This document shows positions 1 to 8,110 of a stretch of 53,823 nucleotides of DNA, one piece after another. Within the stretch, counting starts at the first letter, position 1. Every line of letters starts with the position of its first letter. Below the pieces are notes generated by a model, which had not been told where the DNA came from, ran no database searches, and saw only the letters and a list, made by a program, of their open reading frames with translations. This DNA is from a virus (lineage: Duplodnaviria > Caudoviricetes), in the IMG/VR virus record IMGVR_UViG_3300044453_000313, positions 1-53,823 of that record, one strand, 5' to 3'. The translations under genes and the position numbers were made by a program.

Positions 1-1074
1 TCAGCGGGCGCCCGGGCGGCGGCTGATGGCATCGGCGGCCGCCGACTGGTGGCGCGGGTTGAGGTGTCCGTAAACCTCAAGAAGCATCTTCAGGGACATT
101 CCGAGGAAGTCCGCCAGCACCTGGAGGTCCTGCGTCGTCTCGACGTTCTGGATCCCCCAGCTTGCCGCCGTGTGGCGCAGGCAGTGCGGGATGACGCCGC
201 GATCGAGGCCGGCGTCCCGGCGGGTGGTCGCCCAAGCCCGCTTGGGGTCGGCGACCTCGACGCCGTCATAATGGATGACATGGGGGCAGTGACCGTCGAG
301 CTTTTTCCAGCGCTTGAGATGCGGCAGGAGCCGGGACGGGATCCGGATCGACGGCCGGCGCTTCTTGGTGATGCGCTCGCCGGCGCCGCGGCGATACATG
401 ACGCCGTGCTCCAGATCGAAATAACCGGTGTCGACGCTCGGCACCCAGCGCATGCGCTTGATGGCGCCCGAGCGGGTGCCGGTATAGATGCCGATCAGGA
501 TAAGCCTGGCAATGTGGTGATACTTGCGCCGGCGGGCGGCGTGCAGGAGCCTTGCCGCCTCGTCGCGCGTCAACCAGCGCAAGCGGGCCTCGCCCTTCTC
601 GGGCAACTCCAATTTGAAGCGGAAGGGCAGCCGGCGTTCGTCCAGATAGAAGTTGACGGCGGCGCGCAGGGATTCAAGTTCGCGCCTGGCGGTCGACGGC
701 TTGACGCCGTCCTCGACGCGCTTGTCGGTATAGGCGCGGCAGTGCGCGGGGGATAGGGCTGTCAGGGGAAGGGTGGCCCAATAGGGGACCAAGGGGGCGA
801 TATTGGCGTCTTCCTGGGAAGGCTTCGAAAGCTTCGGGACGCGGTAACTGGCGTAGAAGTTCAGCGCGTCCGCGATCGGGACAGATGATGGATCGAGGCT
901 GTCGCTTGGCCGGTATTTTTCGGCGTTGTACTCGCTGAGCTTTTTTTCCGCGCCCTCAAGGTCTGTTCCAGCGCAGCCCGTGCGGCGATAGCTTGATCCG
1001 TCGCGGATAATCCAGACGGTCCCGCCTTTTTCCTTTCTGAGTTCAAGGCGGGCGGGTTTTCTTGGACGCGGCAT
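1..1074 (-). CDS. int: Tyrosine recombinase (phage integrase)
   Basis: TGTR (catalytic Arg), HCLRH box II, C-terminal VYGH (catalytic Tyr); GAGG RBS upstream. Confidence 0.95.
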   Translation of the reverse strand: MPRPRKPARLELRKEKGGTVWIIRDGSSYRRTGCAGTDLEGAEKKLSEYNAEKYRPSDSLDPSSVPIADALNFYASYRVPKLSKPSQEDANIAPLVPYWATLPLTALSPAHCRAYTDKRVEDGVKPSTARRELESLRAAVNFYLDERRLPFRFKLELPEKGEARLRWLTRDEAARLLHAARRRKYHHIARLILIGIYTGTRSGAIKRMRWVPSVDTGYFDLEHGVMYRRGAGERITKKRRPSIRIPSRLLPHLKRWKKLDGHCPHVIHYDGVEVADPKRAWATTRRDAGLDRGVIPHCLRHTAASWGIQNVETTQDLQVLADFLGMSLKMLLEVYGHLNPRHQSAAADAISRRPGAR

Positions 1075-1265
1075 TTTTGCCTCATTTCCTGGACGGCGGC
1101 CGGGGTGGTGAAATACCGCCGGCCGATCTTTTCAAGACGCAGCCTGCCGCGCTCGTGCTCTGCCTTGAGCGTCGCGGGCCTGATCGCGTCATGAAACAGC
1201 ACTTTGCACGCCTGGTCCAGCGTGATCGGCGTGTCGTCGGTCCAGTTTTCCGGAAGGCAAACCAT
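861..1265 (-). CDS. Excisionase-like HTH protein; 3' part overlaps the integrase
   Basis: ITLDQACK...IRPATLKAEHERGRLRLEKIGRRYFTTPAAV pattern of HTH_17/Xis-like proteins, directly upstream of int; ATG 1265 chosen. Confidence 0.65.
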   Translation of the reverse strand: MVCLPENWTDDTPITLDQACKVLFHDAIRPATLKAEHERGRLRLEKIGRRYFTTPAAVQEMRQKCRVQENPPALNSERKKAGPSGLSATDQAIAARAALEQTLRARKKSSASTTPKNTGQATASIHHLSRSRTR

Positions 1266-1339
1266 TTTGCGAGGTCCTGAGTTGGTGCCCGGCGCCGCTT
1301 TGCGGTTCGCCGGGCGGTTGCCGATGGGGCGGCGTGGTT

Positions 1340-1780
1340 CTAGGCGAGGCGCGCGCTTGCGTGCCGGCAGTAGTCGCCGAATTTCAAGTCCGGCAACGCA
1401 TCGCGGATGTCGATCCAATGGCTGTATTTGGCGGCGGCGCGGGACGTTGCCGCGATCAGGACAGGATGCGGTGCGGAACTGCCCGGGGCGAATGTCACTT
1501 CAAAGAGCCGGTGCGGATCCCCGATGGCTTTCAAGTGCGCGGCAAGGGCCTGGCGTCCGGCGGCGGTGACATGAAACCAAGTCATGCCGCACTCGCTCGT
1601 CCGGCCTTCGCGCCAATATATGGAAGACCGGAAGGAATCTTTTGTGGACTCGTTGCTGACAGCGTAGTGATCGCGGTAACTCCGCGCATTGTTCAACGGG
1701 TCCACGGGGCGGCCGAGGGCATGGTCGATTTGATCCATGACCTTGTCCCTGAGATAGCGGTTGACGCAGGCTCTTTGCAT
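1340..1780 (-). CDS. Hypothetical phage protein
   Basis: ORF with AGGAG RBS in the leftward operon. Confidence 0.7.
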   Translation of the reverse strand: MQRACVNRYLRDKVMDQIDHALGRPVDPLNNARSYRDHYAVSNESTKDSFRSSIYWREGRTSECGMTWFHVTAAGRQALAAHLKAIGDPHRLFEVTFAPGSSAPHPVLIAATSRAAAKYSHWIDIRDALPDLKFGDYCRHASARLA

Positions 1781-1791
1781 GTCAGTCGCTC

Positions 1792-2295
1792 CTAACCCAG
1801 CTTCGCGCGGACCATGCAGTCCTTTGCCTCGATCAGCTTGCGCAGGCCTGCGGACTTCTCCGGACCGTCCGGCAGGTCCTGGTCCATCTGCCGCGCCAGT
1901 TCGCCAAAGGGGCGGCTGACGGCCTGCAGGTGTTCGGGCAGGTGCTCGAAGGCAAAATGTTTCATGATGGGGTCGGTCACGGTCTGCTTTCCTTCGCTGG
2001 CAGGGCGCTCCGTCAGCCGGATGTCATGGGCATTGCGGAGCGCGTTCATGACCGCCTCGGCATCCCTGGCGGCCTCGGGTTCGTCGTCCGCCTTGAGGCG
2101 CAGCACCTCGCGGCCGAGCGCGGCAATCGCGTGTGAGGCGATCGAACGGCTGCGCGCGCGCTGGTCCCGATTGCCGGGATCGCGGCCGCGTCCGGGCTTC
2201 ATGACATCGGTCAGCGCCTCGGCCGTTTCCGCGTCCAGCGGCTCGGCGCAGCGGCAGGTCGGGCACTGGTGGTGTGTCCTGGCGGCGAGGCTCAT
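1792..2295 (-). CDS. Phage protein with C-terminal helical-hairpin domain; possible in-frame internal start at GTG 1980 (62 aa)
   Basis: ATG 2295 overlaps the upstream stop (ATGA); GAAGGAAAG precedes GTG 1980; C-terminus FAFEHLPEHLQAVSRPF...PDGPEKSAGLRKLIEAKD. Confidence 0.65.
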   Translation of the reverse strand: MSLAARTHHQCPTCRCAEPLDAETAEALTDVMKPGRGRDPGNRDQRARSRSIASHAIAALGREVLRLKADDEPEAARDAEAVMNALRNAHDIRLTERPASEGKQTVTDPIMKHFAFEHLPEHLQAVSRPFGELARQMDQDLPDGPEKSAGLRKLIEAKDCMVRAKLG

Positions 2296-2759
2296 TGGAT
2301 GACCTTTGCGCAGACGTCCGGCGTCCTGTCCGGACCGTTGTAGGTAAGGGACAGCGGCTGCCTGTTGCCCTCGGCGCAGACGATCCAGATGGGGCTGCGT
2401 TCCTCCGGGCTGCCGCCGTTGTCGGCAATGTGGTTGCGGAGCATCCGGTCGAGGGTTTCGCCGTAAAGGATTTCTTCCGCGTGCCAAGACGTGTCGCCGT
2501 AATTCTCGACGACGGCGAGGAAGTCCGTCGACGGAAATTCGCCGTCGAGCACCCATTCGGTGCCGGTCCATGTGGCCTTGCGCCAGCCAAGAATGGTCAG
2601 GATGTCGAGGTCGAACCGTTCGCCCGGCCTGGCGGCGCGCTTGCGCCCGCACGCGGGGTCCGGTCCGGAAAGCCATTCGCGGATTCCGTCCAGCGTCGGC
2701 GTGTGCGGCACGACCTCGTCGCTGTAGTCGGAAAGGTAGTAATAGACACGCTCGCTCAT
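2292..2759 (-). CDS. Hypothetical acidic phage protein
   Basis: ATGA-coupled to both neighbours. Confidence 0.7.
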   Translation of the reverse strand: MSERVYYYLSDYSDEVVPHTPTLDGIREWLSGPDPACGRKRAARPGERFDLDILTILGWRKATWTGTEWVLDGEFPSTDFLAVVENYGDTSWHAEEILYGETLDRMLRNHIADNGGSPEERSPIWIVCAEGNRQPLSLTYNGPDRTPDVCAKVIQ

Positions 2760-3100
2760 GCTGCACCGTCCTCGATCGTTGGCCCGCCGGCGTCACTGAC
2801 CTGCTGTTGAAACGCGATGAAACGGGGATCCGTGCGGCGGATCGGCGTTGACCATGCGCGGTCAAAATCGGGCTCGACGAACCCCATGGATTTGATCATG
2901 TCGGCAATGACCGCCCTGTTCGCGTCAAAGAAGAAATCGCCCGCGTCATCCTGGTGCGCGTGATCCCGGCAAAGCGGAATGCCGCACATGACTGTCAGCG
3001 GCTTATGACTGTCGAGCGGCCAGCCCTTGGCGGGGACGTGCAGTTCTATCGCCCATTCGCCCTTGTGCTCGCAGCCGCGTTTCTGGCAGGTGGCGGTCAC
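2756..3100 (-). CDS. Hypothetical protein with Cys/His motifs
   Basis: GTG 3100 overlaps the upstream TGA; CQKRGC and LCRDH motifs. Confidence 0.6.
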   Translation of the reverse strand: MTATCQKRGCEHKGEWAIELHVPAKGWPLDSHKPLTVMCGIPLCRDHAHQDDAGDFFFDANRAVIADMIKSMGFVEPDFDRAWSTPIRRTDPRFIAFQQQVSDAGGPTIEDGAA

Positions 3101-3291
3101 AGCAGGCGCTCCCAAAGGCCAAGGATGCCGGAGACGATGGCAAGGACGGCAAGAAGAAAGACCTGCTTGCGGGTGCGTTCCAGATCGATCCGCAGCCGGG
3201 TGCAGCGGCGTTGCAGGTCCTTGATGTCGTCGGGCGGTGCGTCCGGGCGAAAATCGGGAGCGGAAAAACGCTTGTCAAACGGTGTGTTCAT
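3097..3291 (-). CDS. Small protein with C-terminal transmembrane helix
   Basis: VFLLAVLAIVSGILGLW; coupled start/stop. Confidence 0.6.
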   Translation of the reverse strand: MNTPFDKRFSAPDFRPDAPPDDIKDLQRRCTRLRIDLERTRKQVFLLAVLAIVSGILGLWERLL

Positions 3292-3698
3292 GACCTGCCG
3301 CCTTTGAGAACCTGGAAAAGGACCCCGGCGCCGCTGGGAGCCGGGCCGGGGTCAGTGGAGACTTGCCGCAAGCTCATGCCCGGGAGGACGGCGGGCGCGG
3401 CAGGTGTGGCACACGAGGGGTTATCCTCCTTTGCCTTCGGCTCCATGTCCTTTTGGGCGCCGAAGCTCTTCGACACGGCCGGGCGCCGTGTCCTGTCGTT
3501 GTGTCCTTCTGCGGGCCTGTCGCCGTGCCTGTCATGGGGGCGGGCGGCGCCGCGGCAGAAGGCGTCGATTTCCTGCCGCCGCATCTGCTCGCGCGTGTCG
3601 AGATAACCGAGCACGGCGGCCAAGATCACGAATGCCAAGGCGACGGCGACGAGGGGCAGAAAGGGCGCGGCGGCCTGCAGGGATTCAGTCAGGGTCAT
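3288..3698 (-). CDS. Hypothetical membrane-anchored protein
   Basis: N-terminal hydrophobic helix FLPLVAVALAFVILAAVLG; ATG 3698. Confidence 0.55.
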   Translation of the reverse strand: MTLTESLQAAAPFLPLVAVALAFVILAAVLGYLDTREQMRRQEIDAFCRGAARPHDRHGDRPAEGHNDRTRRPAVSKSFGAQKDMEPKAKEDNPSCATPAAPAVLPGMSLRQVSTDPGPAPSGAGVLFQVLKGGRS

Positions 3699-4557
3699 GA
3701 CGGTCCGCTTTCGCTTCCGGCGGGGTGGCGGCCTCGGCGATCTGCCGGGCGAGGTCGTGGATGGGGGCGGGACCGGCGACCGCATGGCCTGCCTCGGTGA
3801 GCGCGGCGGCGATTGCGGCAAGGGCCTCCGGCTTGCCATGGATGACGGCGTCGGTGTCCTGACCCGGGCGGTGCATGACCAGCGTTTCCAGAAGCTGGCC
3901 GCTGACATAGCGGTGCCCGCCGTTGCCGTCCGGCACCATGTAGGCCCGGCCGACGCCCTTTGCCGACTGGTAGAAACGGATTTGCGCCTTGACGCTCGCA
4001 AAGCATTTCTCGGCGCTGTCGGCGAGGGTTTCCAGCATCCAGACCCGTTCGCCGACCGGGACGTCCTTCGCCTCGCGGAACCATTTGAGGCCCTTCAGGA
4101 GCATGTCGAGGGACGAACGGGTGTTCGGAATGCTTGCGGTCATCGATGCGTCTCCGGGTTGATCGGTTTCCGGCAACGCTACCCGAGCGCCCGCGTTCCT
4201 GTCAGCGGGGACGAAAGGGCGGCCCTTGCCCGCTGCCGCCGGGACCGGACCGGGCAGACCCGCAAGCCCGGCGACGCGCCTTGCCCCGGCAAAACGCGAC
4301 AGGGACCGGGCCTCGGGCGTCCTTTCCGCGCGGGCCTGTCCGGCCCGCGAACAGGCGACGCGCCACGAATGGCAGGCCGACAGGGTGAAGCGCTGCGGCC
4401 CGCCGGGCCTTTCCGGTCCGGTCACGGGCATGCCCTGTTCGGCCCATGTGAGCACCTGCCAGACGCTGACGCCGAAGGTGCCGGCAAGCTCGCCCGCTGT
4501 CAGCAGCGCGTCGTCGACGCCCTCGGGCAGGGGGTAACGGATAATTTCGACTGTCAT
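3685..4557 (-). CDS. Protein with N-terminal gpNu1/TerS-like winged HTH; possible second in-frame start at 4143
   Basis: RYPLPEG...W...GMP...LSAC..WR aligns with the N-terminus of the small terminase at 22145; GGAG RBS before both 4557 and 4143. Confidence 0.65.
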   Translation of the reverse strand: MTVEIIRYPLPEGVDDALLTAGELAGTFGVSVWQVLTWAEQGMPVTGPERPGGPQRFTLSACHSWRVACSRAGQARAERTPEARSLSRFAGARRVAGLAGLPGPVPAAAGKGRPFVPADRNAGARVALPETDQPGDASMTASIPNTRSSLDMLLKGLKWFREAKDVPVGERVWMLETLADSAEKCFASVKAQIRFYQSAKGVGRAYMVPDGNGGHRYVSGQLLETLVMHRPGQDTDAVIHGKPEALAAIAAALTEAGHAVAGPAPIHDLARQIAEAATPPEAKADRHDPD

Positions 4558-4582
4558 GGCGCTGTCTCCAGCTTCCCATTTC

Positions 4583-4650
4583 GTGTACAAAATTTACAAA
4601 ATGAGAAATTGCGATTTTGGAAAATAGTGCGCGATTTGCACCATTGTCAA
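4583..4650. promoter_or_regulatory. Leftward early promoter/operator region (PL/OL-like)
   Basis: AT-rich; TTGACA on the minus strand near 4645-4650; GTGCGCGATTTGCAC (4627-4641) matches GTGCGCATTTTGCAC at 6574-6588 at 13/15. Confidence 0.6.
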
Positions 4651-4684
4651 CAGAAATGACAGGTCGCGATTCCGGTGCTACAGA

Positions 4685-5419
4685 GTGGAACTGCAAATTA
4701 TCGGTCTTGAACGGGAAACGGATTTGGCGCGCGGTATTGACATATATGGCCTTAGAGAAGCCTGGGGGGTGCTCAAGAACCGCATCTATTCAAGCGGCTA
4801 CACACTCAGGCGGGGCGCGTGTTTCGACGAACTTGAGGCGAGAATTTCTAACAGTGCCAAGCCGGCGTTGACCGAACACTTTTCGACAAAGGAAAATACC
4901 TACACCCCATCCATTGCGTTCTGGATATGTGTGGAAACCCTGGAGGGGGAAACTGTGGGCCGTGTTGCGGTGCGACTTGACCGCCTGGCCGACATGTCAC
5001 TGCTGGAGTTCTGGCGAAAATACTGGCGGCGCTGCTATCCCGGGATCGATGGCGGACGCGCGGAAATGGCTGATGTACAGCCAAGATTTGCGCTGAAAAT
5101 TAGCGGCTCGGTCGCTTATATCGGTGACTTGTTTATTGAAGAGGGGCACCGCAAGAACGGCATCGGGTCCGACCTGGTGAAGGTCGTTCAGATTGACGCC
5201 TTGGACGAGTGGAGTCCGGATTTCATCTACGGATGGATGACGCCGGAACACGTCGGCAGTCGTCTTTTTCCGTCATATGGCTTCAGGTGTGTACATTCTC
5301 ACGGAATATACTGGCGCAACGCTCCGGGCACAGTAGGCGCGAACCTGACATTCGTTGGGAATAGTCGTGATCACCTTGCCGATTTGATACTGGAGATAAC
5401 CACTTTTCGGAGCGCTTAA
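4685..5419 (+). CDS. GNAT-fold acyltransferase-like protein
   Basis: VAYIGDLFIEEGHRKNGIG resembles GNAT acyl-CoA-binding motif A; LFPSYGF resembles motif B. Confidence 0.6.
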   Translation: MELQIIGLERETDLARGIDIYGLREAWGVLKNRIYSSGYTLRRGACFDELEARISNSAKPALTEHFSTKENTYTPSIAFWICVETLEGETVGRVAVRLDRLADMSLLEFWRKYWRRCYPGIDGGRAEMADVQPRFALKISGSVAYIGDLFIEEGHRKNGIGSDLVKVVQIDALDEWSPDFIYGWMTPEHVGSRLFPSYGFRCVHSHGIYWRNAPGTVGANLTFVGNSRDHLADLILEITTFRSA

Positions 5420-5873
5420 TGCTGTAGCTCACAAGGTAGGATCCGACGCGCTTCCTGAATTTCAGTACCAAACGCTCATAGACAAGTTCCGGCTTGTGTG
5501 CACCGAGCAAGGTGCCGGTCCCGACCGTTTCGAAAACGGGTTCACCCATGAGCGCGTCACGGTACCCGTCCGCGACAAGCTTGCGATAGTTGTAGTCAAG
5601 CACCTGTTTCGGATTCTCGTTTTCGCAAATCTCGGCTTCCGGGTAGCGCGTCGCGAAAAGTGTTTCGGAACCGTAAAAGAGAATGTCCGGACTGTCGCCT
5701 TGACCTATCCTGTCGTCAAAGATGACCAGATAAGGCGAGACTTTGAGCAGCGTACTTGACTCCGGCATCTTGCCGTCATTTTCGAGCCATGTACGGAGCA
5801 GGAATTGTGCAGTCTCGTCCGCACCGCCGCGCTCGACTACGTCACTCGTATGTCGCTGGACAAAAGGTGTCAT
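5283..5873 (-). CDS. Stand-alone PAS-like (PAS_5/DUF1457-like) domain protein
   Basis: W...MP, YLVIFD, FYGS, Y..A..GEPVF and YERLVLKF follow the PAS_5 pattern. Confidence 0.5.
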   Translation of the reverse strand: MTPFVQRHTSDVVERGGADETAQFLLRTWLENDGKMPESSTLLKVSPYLVIFDDRIGQGDSPDILFYGSETLFATRYPEAEICENENPKQVLDYNYRKLVADGYRDALMGEPVFETVGTGTLLGAHKPELVYERLVLKFRKRVGSYLVSYSIKRSEKWLSPVSNRQGDHDYSQRMSGSRLLCPERCASIFRENVHT

Positions 5874-6127
5874 TGCATTTCAAGGTCCTTTGGCTTGTAA
5901 CCGCGCTTCATGGCTCGCCGTGCCACTCGGGACCTGCAGGCGAGGACCAGGCACATTTCCTGTTCAGGCGTCAGGTGCGTAAGACGGTCATGACCAAACC
6001 GCTTAAAGCACTCGAATTCTATCAAGTCCAAGCAATCGAACTTGCAAGCCTTGAAAATTAAATCAACCAAACTGTCTTCGTCATTGTTTCTTGGTACGCT
6101 GACGAGGCGTGGAGAAATGTAGTCCAT
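5870..6127 (-). CDS. Small hypothetical protein, probably co-transcribed with the repressor
   Basis: 85 aa; 26 nt downstream of the repressor; stop overlaps the start of the PAS gene. Confidence 0.55.
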   Translation of the reverse strand: MDYISPRLVSVPRNNDEDSLVDLIFKACKFDCLDLIEFECFKRFGHDRLTHLTPEQEMCLVLACRSRVARRAMKRGYKPKDLEMQ

Positions 6128-6153
6128 GACACTGCCTGCATCTATAAAATGTA

Positions 6154-6570
6154 TTACTTTCCGCTACGTCTTTGGAGAGTGTTATACAACTTTATGATGC
6201 GGTCAATATATTCCTCGTTCGTAAGCAAAACGCCTGCCTTGCGCTCGGCCTCTTCGACCTTCGCTTCTGCGAGTGACCACAATTCATCGGCGTCATCATC
6301 CGGAAAAACTGGTCCCTCTGCGTCATTGTCGTTTGACTTCTTCGCGATGCGGGCTTTGCCATATCCCGGCATCGCCGGGAGTTCGGCGTCGAAGTAGGCG
6401 GCGACGATCAGAAGCTCGTCGGCGCGCAGCCGGCGGGCGCCATTTTTCATTCTTGTTCTTTGTGGCGGCTTGAGGTCGAGGATCCGCCAGAGAGCTTCCC
6501 TGCGTTCCTCTTTGTCGTCAATGACTTCGTCCAGCCACTTTCGAATTATGTCAATGTTTTCGGTGCTCAT
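6154..6570 (-). CDS. CI-like XRE repressor without an S24 peptidase domain
   Basis: HTH-like RMKNGARRLRADELLIVAAYF; divergent from the cro-like gene; 138 aa. Confidence 0.7.
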   Translation of the reverse strand: MSTENIDIIRKWLDEVIDDKEERREALWRILDLKPPQRTRMKNGARRLRADELLIVAAYFDAELPAMPGYGKARIAKKSNDNDAEGPVFPDDDADELWSLAEAKVEEAERKAGVLLTNEEYIDRIIKLYNTLQRRSGK

Positions 6571-6571
6571 A

Positions 6572-6670
6572 ACGTGCGCATTTTGCACGTAATGATCCGC
6601 ATTGTCATTCTCCAAAGAGGCAACGGATTTTACATTTCGGCAATTGCCAAAATGTAAATTTCGTGCAATA
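6572..6670. promoter_or_regulatory. Divergent cI/cro promoter-operator region (OR-like)
   Basis: ACGTGC-N7-GCACGT at 6572-6590; 30-bp palindrome TTTACATTTCGGCAATTGCCAAAATGTAAA at 6629-6658 with one mismatched pair. Confidence 0.7.
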
Positions 6671-6711
6671 CCTGCCTGCTCATTCGCCATAATCATGAGC
6701 CGAGGCCTCCC

Positions 6712-7035
6712 ATGCACCTGGAACCTGCAACGTCCGTTATCAAGGAATTGGGCGGAGTTACGGTGGTTTCTGCACGGCTGGGCGTGAACCCGACGACGGT
6801 GCGCCGGTTCCGGTATCCAAAAGAGAAAGCCGGTACCGGTGGCTCTATCCCGAATGAGTACATTTTCGATCTCCTCAAATTCTCGTGCGAAATTGGCAAC
6901 CCGTTGCCTGTTGAGCGGTTGGTTCTGACACCGGCGCAACGTGCCGAACTGGAAAATCTTTCCGAGGTATTTTCCGATAAGGGCAAAAACACGTCATCCC
7001 CCGAAACCGGTAAAAATCGGGGGGCGGGTCTGTGA
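6712..7035 (+). CDS. Cro-like HTH regulator
   Basis: EPATSVIKELGGVTVVSARLGVNPTTVRRF...GTGGSIP motif typical of alphaproteobacterial phage Cro-like proteins. Confidence 0.8.
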   Translation: MHLEPATSVIKELGGVTVVSARLGVNPTTVRRFRYPKEKAGTGGSIPNEYIFDLLKFSCEIGNPLPVERLVLTPAQRAELENLSEVFSDKGKNTSSPETGKNRGAGL

Positions 7036-7049
7036 GAGTGCGTGCGGGG

Positions 7050-7661
7050 CTACCAGCGGCAGGCTTGCCGGAGCGGCTTGATGGCGTCTCTCAGGCCGCC
7101 GATGTTGAACGTCAGCGTCAGCGGGTCCTCACGGTAGGGGAAGAGGCGCAAGGTCAGCTTTTCTCTGTCAAACATGCGTTCGATAAAAGGCACCGCGCTT
7201 TCGGCGGTCCAAAGCCCGAGGGCGGAATTGTCGTTCGATTCTGCCATCGCGACGGAAAGGGCGGGCTCCTTGTCCAGCCGAAACGCGACTTCCCCGGTGC
7301 GCGGTTCCATGTCGGCGGGAAACAGGCAGCTTGTGTGCAGGATGACGGCGGTCTCGCCTTCCACGCACCTGATGGTGAACATGATGCGCGTGCTCCGGTT
7401 CCAGCCGCAGCGCGTCACCCGGTCGGAGGCGAGGGCCATGAAAACGCTCTCGCTGTCGTCCATCGGGGAGCGTTCAAGGCGCGTTGCCCATTCCAGCGGC
7501 GGGCCTTCCTGCTTTTCCGCCTGGTCGGAAACATACCTGAAGCAAAGTTTCCGCTGGATTTCATTCGTCATGGCCGCGCAGTCCTCAGCCGTGAAGTCCG
7601 CTGGCATGGCTGGCCCGGCGGCCAGTGCCGTCAGGATAAAGGCAAAAGCCCGGCGCTTCAT
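7050..7661 (-). CDS. Exported TagO/VasI-family (T6SS-associated) protein, moron
   Basis: Signal peptide; C...RKLC, SPMDDS, IRC, ALGLW...VPFI and C-terminal GL..AIKPLRQACRW motifs. Confidence 0.7.
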   Translation of the reverse strand: MKRRAFAFILTALAAGPAMPADFTAEDCAAMTNEIQRKLCFRYVSDQAEKQEGPPLEWATRLERSPMDDSESVFMALASDRVTRCGWNRSTRIMFTIRCVEGETAVILHTSCLFPADMEPRTGEVAFRLDKEPALSVAMAESNDNSALGLWTAESAVPFIERMFDREKLTLRLFPYREDPLTLTFNIGGLRDAIKPLRQACRW

Positions 7662-7732
7662 TTTTCCGTTCCCCGTTGCGACGGCTGCATCACAGCACCT
7701 TCGCGCGCAGAAGTCGAGCGGAGGCATGCCGC

Positions 7733-8110
7733 ATGAGCCTGCCGCGCCGCACGACCGAAAAGATCCGCCATGCGCTGAAGATCGCCACCAAGCGCACCGT
7801 GCAGGCCTGCGGCAGTCAGGACAGCGCCGCATCGATCACCCGTGTCGGCCCGAAAACCCTTTCCGACTATGGCAACACCGGCGAGCCGCGGCATGCGGAA
7901 CTGTTCATGCCGGTCGATGTGCTCGCGGACCTGATCATCGATTGCCGCGAAGGCGGCGAAGTCGCCCCGCTGCTTGAAACGCTCTGCGAACTTGCCGGAG
8001 GCCGGTTTGTGCCGGTCACCGGCAGCGGCCGGCGCGACCTGGTGGAAACGATCATGCGGGCCGCCGTGCAACTGCATGGCCTCGAAGAAACTCAGGATGC
8101 CGCCGAATGA
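7733..8110 (+). CDS. CII-like phage regulatory protein
   Basis: HTH-like TLSDYGN...FMPVDV; LCELAGGRFVP; position after cro. Confidence 0.65.
   Translation: MSLPRRTTEKIRHALKIATKRTVQACGSQDSAASITRVGPKTLSDYGNTGEPRHAELFMPVDVLADLIIDCREGGEVAPLLETLCELAGGRFVPVTGSGRRDLVETIMRAAVQLHGLEETQDAAE

Noticed and set aside
1792-2865. 357-aa ORF as a single gene
   Set aside because: Its 5' half overlaps better ORFs on the same strand; the coupled start at 2295 is more plausible
6154-6939. 261-aa version of the repressor
   Set aside because: The extension runs through the operator region and antisense to cro; ATG 6570 preferred
7050-7661. Type VI secretion locus
   Set aside because: Single orphan gene; no tss core genes, and the tail is non-contractile (no sheath)
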